Program-made: the position numbers and the translations under genes
Part shown: piece by piece, positions 8,939-18,221 of the stretch
Layout: each line of letters opens with the position of its first letter
How positions within the stretch are numbered: the stretch's first letter is position 1
Assembly: GCA_033763455.1 (NCBI GenBank)
Contig: JANRKO010000092.1
Location: 92,477 to 156,476, forward strand
DNA length: 64,000 nucleotides
DNA from: Polyangiaceae bacterium
GTDB taxonomy: Bacteria; Myxococcota_A; Polyangia; Polyangiales; Polyangiaceae
Direction: 5' to 3'
Notes under the pieces: generated by a model
Told to the model about the DNA's origin: nothing
Databases searched by the model: none
The model's input: only the letters and a program-made list of their open reading frames with translations

Positions 8939-9243
8939 CTCAAGGCACCGGAAATCTCGAGCGCGAGTCGGCGGGGGTTTTCGTAAGGCTGCCCCTCCAC
9001 TGGGACATCAACACTCACCATCCGCCCGTCGGGAAGCTCGCTCGTGACGACCCAAACGGGTGCTCCGTGCCGCCTTCCCAATTCTGCAGAGACAAGGCGA
9101 AACCCACGTTCTCGGAGCTCATCTCTCAGCGCGTTGTCAAACGACCTGCGCGCCGGCTCTCTCGATGAGCCAGCAAGGGCCAGCAAGCCGAGGGCGGCAA
9201 GACCACCTGCCACCCACATTGCCGAGCTATCCTGCTTCGCCAC
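8935..9243 (-). CDS. Small hypothetical protein with one N-terminal TM helix
   Basis: 102 aa, hydrophobic WVAGGLAALGLLALAG, AGGA upstream of GTG, TTGA overlap with the GGDEF start. Confidence 0.75.
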   Translation of the reverse strand: MAKQDSSAMWVAGGLAALGLLALAGSSREPARRSFDNALRDELRERGFRLVSAELGRRHGAPVWVVTSELPDGRMVSVDVPVEGQPYENPRRLALEISGALS

Positions 9244-9342
9244 ACATCTATCCTAGGCTGTGGTGCACGAACCGGCAAGCACGAGCGGGGGAGACTCTGA
9301 CTTCGAGAAAAGGCGGATATCATTCGGTTTATTTATAGTTCA

Positions 9343-9371
9343 TTGAATATGTGCGCGATGATGTATACGGT
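9343..9371 (+). promoter_or_regulatory. Putative sigma70 promoter (possibly leaderless transcript) for the HTH-STAND gene
   Basis: TTGAAT-N17-TACGGT ending 7 nt before GTG 9379, in an AT-rich patch. Confidence 0.45.
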
Positions 9372-9378
9372 GGGTATA

Positions 9379-12300
9379 GTGAAAAATTCATTCGATCTGA
9401 AGTCATCTCGCACCCGCCTTTCATTAACCCAGGCGGCGCTCGCCGACCGTCTAGGGCGTGCAACAAACACGATCGCTCGCTGGGAGCGGGGGGAACTTGC
9501 GGTGCCGGAAGACGTTCGGCGCGTCGTCGAAGCGTTAATTTCAGGACCGGCTGCAAGGCTTCCCGTCCCCGACGTTGTCACGCTCGACACGTTTCATTCA
9601 GATATTGTTGCTGCTCTGCATGAGCACGTTGACCCCGCTGTGTTCGAGGAGTGCGCAGCTAACCTACTGAGAGAGCAATGGCCTAAACTTGTCCCCGTTC
9701 CGGGCGGAAGCGATGACGGGTTCGACGGAGCTGTCGCCGGGGATGAAGGCACGAGGCCATGGCCCTTAATTGTCACGACGGATCGAAAGCCGGAGCGCAA
9801 TCTGAGCCGTAGCCTCAAGCAGGCGATTACCAAGGGGCACAACCCTAAGGTCGCAATTTTTGCAACATCGCGAGCGCTGACGCCTGGCCAGCGGCGCAAA
9901 CTTAACGACGCTGCTACGGCGTGTGGGGTAGTGCTTCAGCAGATCTATGACCGTTCCTGGTTCGCGGCCGCTCTGTACCGACATCCAGAGTGGTGCAATA
10001 AGCTGCTCGGCCTTACAGGAACCCCAGATCCTCTGTCTAGATTGCCGCTCTTGCTTAGGCTGGGGGGCACACATGAGATGCTCGGGCGATCATCCGAGCT
10101 CGCTAAAGCGCGCGAAACCGAGTCCGACGTGATCCTCTTAGGCGGTCCGGGGTCAGGGAAGACCATGCTGCTCCTACGGCTTGCTGATGACGGCTACTTT
10201 TTGTCGGACGGTGACCGAAATGCGGTGACGAATTCGATTCGTCGCCACTCGCCGAGGGTCGTGATTGTGGACGACGCGCACGATAACTTCACGCAGTTCG
10301 GTTTGTTGGTGAAGCTACGCAGGCAGCTAGGTGCTAAGTTTCGGATTGTCGTAAGCGCGTGGCCGCCCTACCTCGAAGATCTCCGTGAACATCTACCTAA
10401 TGCCGAGGTTGTGAGTCTAGGCGAGCTCGACGCTGACGTAGTCGCAGATATCGTTCGTTCCATAGTGCCGAATCTTCCAAACCAAGCCATCAAAGTAATC
10501 GTGCGGCAAGCTGATGGTCGCCCTGGCCTCGCAGCTACTCTGGCACATATGTGCATTGATGGACGCTACCGAGATGTAATGACTGGCGATGCTGTTTATG
10601 AGCGCTTGGGCAGCTACGTGGCGAAGGACCGAGAGTTGTTGGGTTGCTTTGCGGTGGCAGGTGACGCTGGCCTCCAGCTGGAGGATGCCGCAACGTTCCT
10701 TGGCCGACCGAAGGATGACGTGCAACGGGCGTTGACGCGCCTAGCTGCTGGTGGCGTCATTCGCGTCAGCGGCAGCAGACACTTTTCAGTCTGGCCGGAG
10801 CAATTGCGGTACGTCCTCGTTCGGGAAGTCTTTTTTCACGAGCGCAATGGGCTCGACTATGAACAGTTGGTTGCAAAGGTTTTCAATCGAAGTGCATGGC
10901 TTCGTGTGCTCATTGGGGCAACCCGTTCAGGAGCGCAGGTGCCGCGTCTCCAGGATAGGTTGGAGGAAGTGAACCAAGTGCAGCTCTGGTGCGAATACGC
11001 TTCCCTAGATCCGCAAGCCGCGAGCTACGTTCTCGACAAGCATCCAGAAATGCTCGTGGAAGCGGCGCCAGAGCTCTTGTGGCACGTGCCGGATCGCGCA
11101 CTTTCGAAGCTGCTCGACGCGGCCGCTCGGGGAGGGGCGCCTAGTGGTCGTGACGCTCCTGCGCTGACGGCGTTGCGAACGTGGCTGAGAGATTCCTCAA
11201 TGGACGAGAGAGTTGTCATTGCGAGGAGTCAGGAGGCCGCAAAGCAGGTTCTGAAGTGGATCAAGCGAAATGAGAACCATGCCGGAGCAATCGTCTTCTG
11301 TATCGCGATGAGTCCGATTTTGCAGGTGACAGAGAGTGATCCGGGCCGAGGTATGACGTTGACCTATCGCCGTGGTGCTGTGGGTGATTGGGGTATTGGG
11401 CAACTCACAGCGCTTTGGGATGCAGCACTACCGGACCTAATGCGCGCTCGTTCGCTGCCATGGGGTCACCTCTTGGACCTAGTAAATGAGTGGGCTCGCC
11501 CTGACGGCGGGATCCCCATAACTGCCGAGGCGAGGCGCATGATGCGCGACCTTGCCTGCAAAATGGTGCGTGACGTCGTCCCGCTCGCGAAGGCTCATCC
11601 AGGTGCGCAGCGAAGGCTGGCGGAAGTCGCTCGGACATTGGAGATCTCGGGGGAGGTGGACTTCCCCGACGTGGGGGCCGACGTGGGCGCGCTTTTTCCG
11701 CGCTTGGACAGGCACTCGGTCGACGACTTAGAGGCCGTCATGAAGAGTCATGTAAAGAGGGTTCGGGAATGGGCGCGGGTCCGCATCGATGTAAAAGACG
11801 TTGGCGAGCTGGTCCGATCCGTGCTTTCGCTCCAACAGCAACTGAACGAAGCGAAAGCTCGATCCGACAACTACGTGTGGGCGGCCTTCGACGAGTTTGC
11901 CCGGGGTACGTCAACGCCTACGGAGTGGGTCGATGCTTTAGTTGCAGAGCGTGCGGACCCCGCTCTGGTATGGCCCTTCGTACGACGGATCATAGACGAG
12001 GGCAGCGAGCTTGCGACGCTATTGGGGCTTCTGAAGGAGGACCGCTATACGGGATTACTTGCCGAAGGCGCCGTCATGTCAAAGAGTGCCCACGCCGAGG
12101 TCGTCGAATGGGTTGATTGCAAGGCCGCTGACTACGTTGAACAAATCTCCTGTCAAATCCGGGTGGGCAATGTTGGCGATGATCGAGTGCTCGCATTTCT
12201 CCATCACCGCGACCCACGCGTTCGCGCTGCAATTGCGGTGGCATATTATGTCCGGGAGAAGAATCCTTCCGACGAGCTCGGGAGTGCTTGGCGCAATGCG

Positions 12301-12936
12301 ATAATCGACACGGCTCGGGTCCCCGAACTACCGAGTCAGTACGAGTACTGGTTAAAACAGATTCTGACGCAGAACGTTGAGCTCGGTTCAGAATGGCTAA
12401 AGGCTCTCCTTGAGATCGAGAACGATGATCTTTCCTTTCACGATATCGGTCTCGAAGTCGCTGACAGGCTCGCGTTCGCGGCAAAGGCGGATATTCTTCA
12501 CTCGGCAAAGTTTGGCGTGCATCAGGCTGAGTTTCTCACGCATCTGGTGGGCGGAGATCCGAAGCTCTATGAAATGCTCCTGGAGCGTCGAGATCTCGCG
12601 GAGTATCACCTTGAGCCGCTCGCTTGCCGCTCGCGACTCGTGGACTCATTCTCCGGACCGATGAACCCGCGGAGGGGGTGGGCGGAGTTGTCAGCAATGG
12701 CGTTGGAACGAGGCTTCTCCGAGGATGAAGTGTTTAGAGCGATCCTGCCACGGTCGTGGGGCTTCACGGGCAGCGAAGTCCCTCTATGGCAGGGCTGGCG
12801 CGATGATTTTGAAAAATTTGAATCCCATTCCGAGCCAGCGGTGCGCCGAGTCGCCTCCCGTGGGAAGAGCGAGATGGATCGACGTCTTGCCGCAGCTCGG
12901 GAGCGTGAACGGATGGACGCCGTCCGCGGGGTCTGA
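9379..12936 (+). CDS. XRE-HTH + Mrr/REase-like fold + STAND-type P-loop ATPase with long helical C-terminus (Avs/NLR-like defence candidate)
   Basis: LTQAALADRLGRATNTIARWERGE (HTH); FEECAANLL..GGSDDGFDG (REase-like); GGPGSGKT; VVIVDDAH; GRPGLA (GxP). Confidence 0.8.
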   Translation: MKNSFDLKSSRTRLSLTQAALADRLGRATNTIARWERGELAVPEDVRRVVEALISGPAARLPVPDVVTLDTFHSDIVAALHEHVDPAVFEECAANLLREQWPKLVPVPGGSDDGFDGAVAGDEGTRPWPLIVTTDRKPERNLSRSLKQAITKGHNPKVAIFATSRALTPGQRRKLNDAATACGVVLQQIYDRSWFAAALYRHPEWCNKLLGLTGTPDPLSRLPLLLRLGGTHEMLGRSSELAKARETESDVILLGGPGSGKTMLLLRLADDGYFLSDGDRNAVTNSIRRHSPRVVIVDDAHDNFTQFGLLVKLRRQLGAKFRIVVSAWPPYLEDLREHLPNAEVVSLGELDADVVADIVRSIVPNLPNQAIKVIVRQADGRPGLAATLAHMCIDGRYRDVMTGDAVYERLGSYVAKDRELLGCFAVAGDAGLQLEDAATFLGRPKDDVQRALTRLAAGGVIRVSGSRHFSVWPEQLRYVLVREVFFHERNGLDYEQLVAKVFNRSAWLRVLIGATRSGAQVPRLQDRLEEVNQVQLWCEYASLDPQAASYVLDKHPEMLVEAAPELLWHVPDRALSKLLDAAARGGAPSGRDAPALTALRTWLRDSSMDERVVIARSQEAAKQVLKWIKRNENHAGAIVFCIAMSPILQVTESDPGRGMTLTYRRGAVGDWGIGQLTALWDAALPDLMRARSLPWGHLLDLVNEWARPDGGIPITAEARRMMRDLACKMVRDVVPLAKAHPGAQRRLAEVARTLEISGEVDFPDVGADVGALFPRLDRHSVDDLEAVMKSHVKRVREWARVRIDVKDVGELVRSVLSLQQQLNEAKARSDNYVWAAFDEFARGTSTPTEWVDALVAERADPALVWPFVRRIIDEGSELATLLGLLKEDRYTGLLAEGAVMSKSAHAEVVEWVDCKAADYVEQISCQIRVGNVGDDRVLAFLHHRDPRVRAAIAVAYYVREKNPSDELGSAWRNAIIDTARVPELPSQYEYWLKQILTQNVELGSEWLKALLEIENDDLSFHDIGLEVADRLAFAAKADILHSAKFGVHQAEFLTHLVGGDPKLYEMLLERRDLAEYHLEPLACRSRLVDSFSGPMNPRRGWAELSAMALERGFSEDEVFRAILPRSWGFTGSEVPLWQGWRDDFEKFESHSEPAVRRVASRGKSEMDRRLAAARERERMDAVRGV

Positions 12937-13144
12937 GGGAACGCGGCCGCTCAAGAGAAGGCGCCGCCAACTGCCACTTAATCCCCCAGGGATCGCGTCC
13001 CAAAGGAGGCCCGTTTTGGAAGGCGCAAAAAACCCTGAAGCCGTTGATTCGCCTCGGACCCTCCACAGGCACAGAGCTAGAAAAGCACCCCGTGTCCGTA
13101 ATCCTCCTAGCTTTTCCGTGCCGCCTCCGGCAAGGAACCCCATC

Positions 13145-14755
13145 GTGGCAGAGTTGCTGAACACAGGGTGGCCTGAACGTCGCGTGCTCAGCGACGAAAA
13201 CGGCTTGCTAGTGGTGGATAAGCCCGCCGGAATTCCCGTGCATGGCGGCGACGAAGGCTTGAAAGACGACGTGGTTTCGCGCTTGGCGGGGTGGTTCCGC
13301 GCGCACGGTGAATCAGAATATTTGGGCGTGCATCAGCGGCTTGATAAAGAGACCTCGGGGGTCCTCGTTTTTACGCGCAGCGAGCACAGAAATCGCGATG
13401 TGGCCGAGGCGTTCGAGTCTCATACGGTGCAGAAGAAGTACGTCGCGCTCGCGTCGTTGGCCGGCGTGAAAGCTGGGCAACTCAAGCGTTTGGAGGGCAC
13501 CTGGGAGGATAGATTGAGCAAACCGGAGAAGGGGCGAGTGAGCGTGGCGCGAACGGGAGGGCTTGAAGCCGTTACCCGGTGCCGAGTGCTCGAACAGTGT
13601 GGCCAGCGCGTCCTCATGGAGCTCTCTCCCGTCACCGGCCGCACCCATCAGTTGCGTGTGCAAGCGAGCGCACGAGGCATTCCCATTGTGGGGGATAGCA
13701 TTTACGGAGGGGAGCCCGCCTTGCGTTTGATGCTGCACGCTCACGAGCTCAAGCTGCCGAAGCAAAAGGCTTGGGTGGCGCCTATTCCGGGGGTGTTCCG
13801 CGATTGGTTGTACCAGCGGCCTTTTGATTTTGAAACCGAGGAGCTGAAGGGGCGCCTTCTGGATTCGTTTTTTCAGCGCGAGCCGCTTTCCGCCGAGAGC
13901 AACACGTATCGGCTAGTGAATGATCTGGGCGATCAATTGCCAGGCGTATGTATCGATAAATTTGGGGATTCCGCCGTGGTTTCCCTGTTTGATGAGCGCG
14001 CCTCGGCAGCCGGTGAAAAGCTGAGTGGGCTCTTGTTGGACATGGGATTTTCGCGCGTGCGTGTGGAGCATCGGGAGCGCGCCGTCACCAAAGTTCTCTC
14101 TGCACCAGCAGTGTTCACGGTGCAGGAGCATGGCGCCAACTTTGAGGTGCGGTTTGACGACGACTCATCCGTTGGGCTGTTTCTCGATCAACGCGAAAAT
14201 CGCCAACGCCTGCGGGCATTGTCGAAGGGGCTCCGGGTGCTCAACTTGTTTTGCTACACGGGGTCCTTCAGCGTTGCGGCGGCGCTCGGTGGAGCGCGCC
14301 AAGTGGTGAGCGTCGATCTGTCGGGTAGGTACCTTGAATGGGCGAAGCGCAACTTCGAGCTCAATGGTCTTACGGTTGATAGGCACGAGTTCATTCAAGC
14401 GGATGCTACGGTGTGGCTTGAACAGGCAGCTCGGCAGAAGAGGGTCTTCGATTTCATCGTGCTGGATCCTCCGAGCTTCTCAAGTGTGGGCAAACGGAAG
14501 ACCTTCAGTGTTGCTCGGGATTACGCCGAGACGGCCTCCCAATGCCTCCGCCTATTGGCCCCAGGAGGCCAGCTTTTGGCCGTCACTAATCACCGAAAAA
14601 CACCGCTACCTAAGCTCAGATCCGAGCTTCGAAAGGCCGCGGCGAGCGCGGGGCGCACCGTGCTTCAGCTTAAGGATATCCGCTCGGGTCGCGATTGCCC
14701 CGACTTGCTGAACGAGCCTCATCCGAGCAAAAGTGTGCTCGTGCGCGTAAAGTGA
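13145..14755 (+). CDS. Fusion of RluA-family pseudouridine synthase and RlmI/RlmK-like SAM methyltransferase
   Basis: VVDKPAG, HQRLDKETSG, TGRTHQLRV, LMLHA; then GLFLDQRENR, VLNLFCYTGSFS, IVLDPPSF; start GTG 13145. Confidence 0.9.
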   Translation: MAELLNTGWPERRVLSDENGLLVVDKPAGIPVHGGDEGLKDDVVSRLAGWFRAHGESEYLGVHQRLDKETSGVLVFTRSEHRNRDVAEAFESHTVQKKYVALASLAGVKAGQLKRLEGTWEDRLSKPEKGRVSVARTGGLEAVTRCRVLEQCGQRVLMELSPVTGRTHQLRVQASARGIPIVGDSIYGGEPALRLMLHAHELKLPKQKAWVAPIPGVFRDWLYQRPFDFETEELKGRLLDSFFQREPLSAESNTYRLVNDLGDQLPGVCIDKFGDSAVVSLFDERASAAGEKLSGLLLDMGFSRVRVEHRERAVTKVLSAPAVFTVQEHGANFEVRFDDDSSVGLFLDQRENRQRLRALSKGLRVLNLFCYTGSFSVAAALGGARQVVSVDLSGRYLEWAKRNFELNGLTVDRHEFIQADATVWLEQAARQKRVFDFIVLDPPSFSSVGKRKTFSVARDYAETASQCLRLLAPGGQLLAVTNHRKTPLPKLRSELRKAAASAGRTVLQLKDIRSGRDCPDLLNEPHPSKSVLVRVK

Positions 14756-14782
14756 GCGTGAAGCCAGCTTGAAGCAAAAGCG

Positions 14783-15373
14783 ATGACCAAGAATCCCTAC
14801 AACCGCGTCGACCCCCGCACGCTCGCCGCGCGTGCTCAAGGTTACCCGGCGCGCAGCATCTTCAAGCTCGAAGAAATTGATCGTCGCGTGAAGCTCTTCA
14901 AGGGTGGCCAACGTGTGTTGGATCTCGGGGCAGCCCCCGGTTCGTGGACGCTGTATGCAGCGAAGAGGGTGGGGTCGAGCGGCCGCGTAGTTGCGATTGA
15001 TCTCAAGCCCATCGAGGAAGCCATGCCGCCGTGGGTTACCAGCAGCGTGGGCGATATTTTTCAGGTGCCGTCCGAGTCTGTGGCTGGCGCGGGGCCTTAC
15101 GATGTTGTGATGAGCGATATGGCGCCCAACACGAGTGGCTCCAAAGTTCACGATCAAACGGTGAGCTTTGAACTCGTGATGCGGGCTCTTGAATTCGCTG
15201 CTCACGTGGGTAAGTCCGGCTCGCACTTTGTAGCGAAGCTCTTCATGAGCAATCAGTTCACCGAGGCTAAGTCCGCGATACAGAAGCAGTATTCGGACAT
15301 GACCACGATTCGCCCTCAGGGAACCAGGAAGCCTAGCTCGGAAGTATTCTTGGTGGGGTTAAGGAAGCGGTAG
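14783..15373 (+). CDS. rlmE: 23S rRNA Um2552 methyltransferase
   Basis: YPARSIFKLEEI, VLDLGAAPGSW, VMSDMAP, FVAKLF, SSEVF. Confidence 0.93.
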   Translation: MTKNPYNRVDPRTLAARAQGYPARSIFKLEEIDRRVKLFKGGQRVLDLGAAPGSWTLYAAKRVGSSGRVVAIDLKPIEEAMPPWVTSSVGDIFQVPSESVAGAGPYDVVMSDMAPNTSGSKVHDQTVSFELVMRALEFAAHVGKSGSHFVAKLFMSNQFTEAKSAIQKQYSDMTTIRPQGTRKPSSEVFLVGLRKR

Positions 15374-15439
15374 GGCTTGCCACCACACGCCCTGGCAACT
15401 ATCCCAAAGCCTCCACCTACCAACGAGGATCACACCACT

Positions 15440-15862
15440 ATGGCTATCTCAAAAGCACATGCAACTTGGAACGGAACACTCAAAGAGGGCAACGGCACCA
15501 TGAAGGGGGATAACGGCTTTTTCGATGCCCCGTTCACGTTCGCTTCACGCTTCGAGGGCGCGAAGAAAGGTACCACGCCTGAGGAGCTGATCGGCGCGGC
15601 TCAAGCCGGTTGCTTTTCGATGTTTTTGGCAGCGCAGCTCACCAATGCCGGCAAGCCTCCAACGAGCATTCAAACCACCGCTACCGTACATCTGGGAGAT
15701 GGCCCCACCGTCACCAAGATCGAACTTGAAACGGTAGCCGTTGTTCCGGGTGCTGACCAGGCATTGTTTGATGAGAAGGTTGCGTTCTCAAAGGCGAATT
15801 GCCCGATCTCGAAGGCGCTCGCCGCAGTGCAAACGCTGACCGTCAACGCAAAGCTCGGTTGA
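15440..15862 (+). CDS. osmC: OsmC-family peroxiredoxin
   Basis: WNGTLKEGNG, FASRFEG, TPEELIGAAQAGCFSM, NCPISKAL. Confidence 0.92.
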   Translation: MAISKAHATWNGTLKEGNGTMKGDNGFFDAPFTFASRFEGAKKGTTPEELIGAAQAGCFSMFLAAQLTNAGKPPTSIQTTATVHLGDGPTVTKIELETVAVVPGADQALFDEKVAFSKANCPISKALAAVQTLTVNAKLG

Positions 15863-15916
15863 TATCCCCGGAGCGCGGCCCGCTCATTCTAAGATGAACG
15901 GTCTAGATTTGGGTGA

Positions 15917-15993
15917 GCCCCCTCTCGTCCGGGCTACGCCGCGGCCGATCTCCCCCTGATGCGTGCGCGCTTTGCGCGCGCCGCATGGGGGAG
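15917..15993. repeat. REP-like structured intergenic element, copy 1
   Basis: GCCCCCTCTC..CTCCCCC-long hairpin-GGGGGAG; same layout as 20485-20557 in opposite orientation. Confidence 0.6.
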
Positions 15994-16041
15994 TTAACTT
16001 GAAACCCGGGTTTGCACGCCAAGGCGTAGCCGGGCTGGATT

Positions 16042-17049
16042 TTAAAGCAGCTCGGCGATTTGCACAGCGTTGAGCGCCGCACCTTTCAGCAGCTGATCGC
16101 CCGCGACGAGCAGCATGAAGGATTTCCCGCTCGGGTCGCTGGTGTCCAGACGCAGCCGGCCAACTAGGATATCGTCCTTGCCGCTCGCGTCTTTGGGCAT
16201 CGGGAAATAGTTCTTTTGGCGGTCGTCAACCACGCGTACGCCGGGTGCCTTTTCAAGCAGAGCTCTGAGCTCTGAGAGCACCACAGGGCGTTCGCACTGT
16301 ACGGTCAGCGCTTCCGTGTGCGCGCGCAATACGGGCACTCGTACGCAGGTGGCCGCGATGTGGATGTTCGGATCACCGAAAATCTTGTGAGTTTCGTTGA
16401 CCATCTTGAGCTCTTCCTCGTTGTAGCCGGATCCCTGATCGAGCGAGGAGTTATGGCTGAAGAGGTTGAAGGCGTACGGGTGCGGCAACACTTTGAGCTC
16501 GTAGCTGCGGCCTTCAAGGTGTGCGCGTGTGGATTCCTCAAGCTCCTCCATGGCAGCAGCGCCGGCTCCCGAGGCGGCCTGGTACGTGGAAGCCTGCAAG
16601 CGCTTGATGGGATTCACCTTGTGGATGGGCCAAAGCGGCGTGATGCCGATGATGGTGGAGCAGTTAGGGTTGGCGATGATCCCTTTGTGCCGCTTCACAG
16701 CTTCCGGATTGATCTCCGGAACCACGAGCGGTACCTCCGGGTCCATCCGAAAAGCCGATGAATTATCGACCACGATGGCGCCCGCTTGAACGGCCGCTTT
16801 GGCGAACTTCTTGGAAATGCTGCCGCCAGCGGCGAAGAGAGCAATGTCCACGCCGGCAAAGCTATCAAGCGTGAGCTCTTCCACGGTTACATCTTGACCG
16901 AACGCTTTGACCACCTTGCCCTTGGAGCGAGCAGAAGCTAGCAACACCAGCTTCTTAACTGGAAACTTGCGGCGCTCTAGGCACCCAATAAGCTCGACTC
17001 CAACGGCGCCGGTGGCGCCCACAATTGCGACTGTTTTCGGCTGGTTCAT
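16042..17049 (-). CDS. asd: Aspartate-semialdehyde dehydrogenase
   Basis: VGATGAVG, VDNSSAFR, IANPNCST, CVRVPVLRAH, LLKGAALNAVQIAE. Confidence 0.97.
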   Translation of the reverse strand: MNQPKTVAIVGATGAVGVELIGCLERRKFPVKKLVLLASARSKGKVVKAFGQDVTVEELTLDSFAGVDIALFAAGGSISKKFAKAAVQAGAIVVDNSSAFRMDPEVPLVVPEINPEAVKRHKGIIANPNCSTIIGITPLWPIHKVNPIKRLQASTYQAASGAGAAAMEELEESTRAHLEGRSYELKVLPHPYAFNLFSHNSSLDQGSGYNEEELKMVNETHKIFGDPNIHIAATCVRVPVLRAHTEALTVQCERPVVLSELRALLEKAPGVRVVDDRQKNYFPMPKDASGKDDILVGRLRLDTSDPSGKSFMLLVAGDQLLKGAALNAVQIAELL

Positions 17050-17414
17050 GAGGGGCGGGACCCTAGCCGAACGTTCGCGCCATTTCCACGGGGTCCCCGA
17101 GCTCGGGCCTCGTTAAGTTCGGGTCAGTGTTTTGGCGGCAATGCTGCAACTTGCTCAAGCCGGACTCGCAGCAGTTCCGTGTCAACGAGGATACTTGTCA
17201 TGCTAAGTACCACTCGCTCCAAGAAACAGGGCGCAGCTTTGGCCCATGGGATCCGTGCTTCCAGGTCCGAGGCCGCTAAAAGTCTCGGCGTGTCGGGTCC
17301 CGCCCATGGCGGCCGCTTCGGGCGACATCGGGGCGGGGCAAGCTGCTACGAGCGCATTCTACGGCCGCGCGCGTTTCCTAAATTGCAGCTTGGAACCGAC
17401 CGAGGGGCGCGAGC

Positions 17415-18221
17415 TTAGGGGGGGAAACTACGGGCATTACGTCTCGTTCGTGAGCTCCAGTTATCGCTACTTTTACGCTCCCGAATATCACGGTGAACGG
17501 ATCGGCGTGCGCCGTGCTCGGAGTGCGCGTTAACGAGCGGTGGTGGGTGGGGAGCCATTGTTCCGAACAAGAGATCGCCCAACGGGATTGTCACGTTGAA
17601 GTTGTACTTTTGCATACATCTGGGATCGTGGTGGCGTGCGTGGTGTTCCCTCAGGGTGTGGAGCACCCGGCTGCGGTACGGCGCGGAGTGCTCCGGGAAA
17701 TGATAAAGCAAGTGACTGAGCTCGTAGCCGACCACATACACAGCTGTCGTCATGAGCAACAGCCAGCCAACATTGGGCACCAACAGCCAGCCCGCTAATA
17801 GCGCCGCGGGCACCGAGAGGGTGACGATCCCCAACACCCCAGCTGCCGGAATGAGCACTAGCCGCAGCTCCAAGGCACTGCGGATCGCCATCGAATCGGC
17901 TCGAAATACGCGGTGATGCTCTGGGGTGTGTCGATCATACAGGACTGCCAGCACGCGCCGGCGGCGATGCATGATGTTCTTGTGGATGAACCACTCCGCA
18001 AGATTCAAGATGACAAAAACGATGGGGACCGTCAAAAGCTCCAGGGGAGCGAGCCTTCGTAAGCCCCAGATGCCCAAAAATAGATAGACGACACCCACGC
18101 CGACACTTCCTGCAAGGTGTCCCCACGGCGAATACCACTTCGGAACTGCCGCCAACATAACGTCGCGAAATTCTTTTCTCACGGGGTGCGGCACTTGGGA
18201 CGAAGACGGCTCTTGAGCCAT
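17415..18221 (-). CDS. Sterol desaturase / fatty acid hydroxylase family protein
   Basis: His boxes HKNIMH, HTPEHH, HLLYH, HHARHH; NFNVT; TM helices. Confidence 0.88.
   Translation of the reverse strand: MAQEPSSSQVPHPVRKEFRDVMLAAVPKWYSPWGHLAGSVGVGVVYLFLGIWGLRRLAPLELLTVPIVFVILNLAEWFIHKNIMHRRRRVLAVLYDRHTPEHHRVFRADSMAIRSALELRLVLIPAAGVLGIVTLSVPAALLAGWLLVPNVGWLLLMTTAVYVVGYELSHLLYHFPEHSAPYRSRVLHTLREHHARHHDPRCMQKYNFNVTIPLGDLLFGTMAPHPPPLVNAHSEHGARRSVHRDIRERKSSDNWSSRTRRNARSFPP

Noticed and set aside
6247..13000. CAGGGATC near both island ends as att sites or a target duplication
   Set aside because: Only 8 bp match, the same octamer also occurs at 2681, and there is no integrase.
12725..13144. 140-aa N-terminal extension of the RluA fusion overlapping the STAND gene
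   Set aside because: No recognisable domain; RluA homology begins after GTG 13145.
17050..17414. Possible small gene, remnant or riboswitch upstream of asd
   Set aside because: A minus-strand open stretch has no convincing start or motif, and no lysine-riboswitch features were recognisable.
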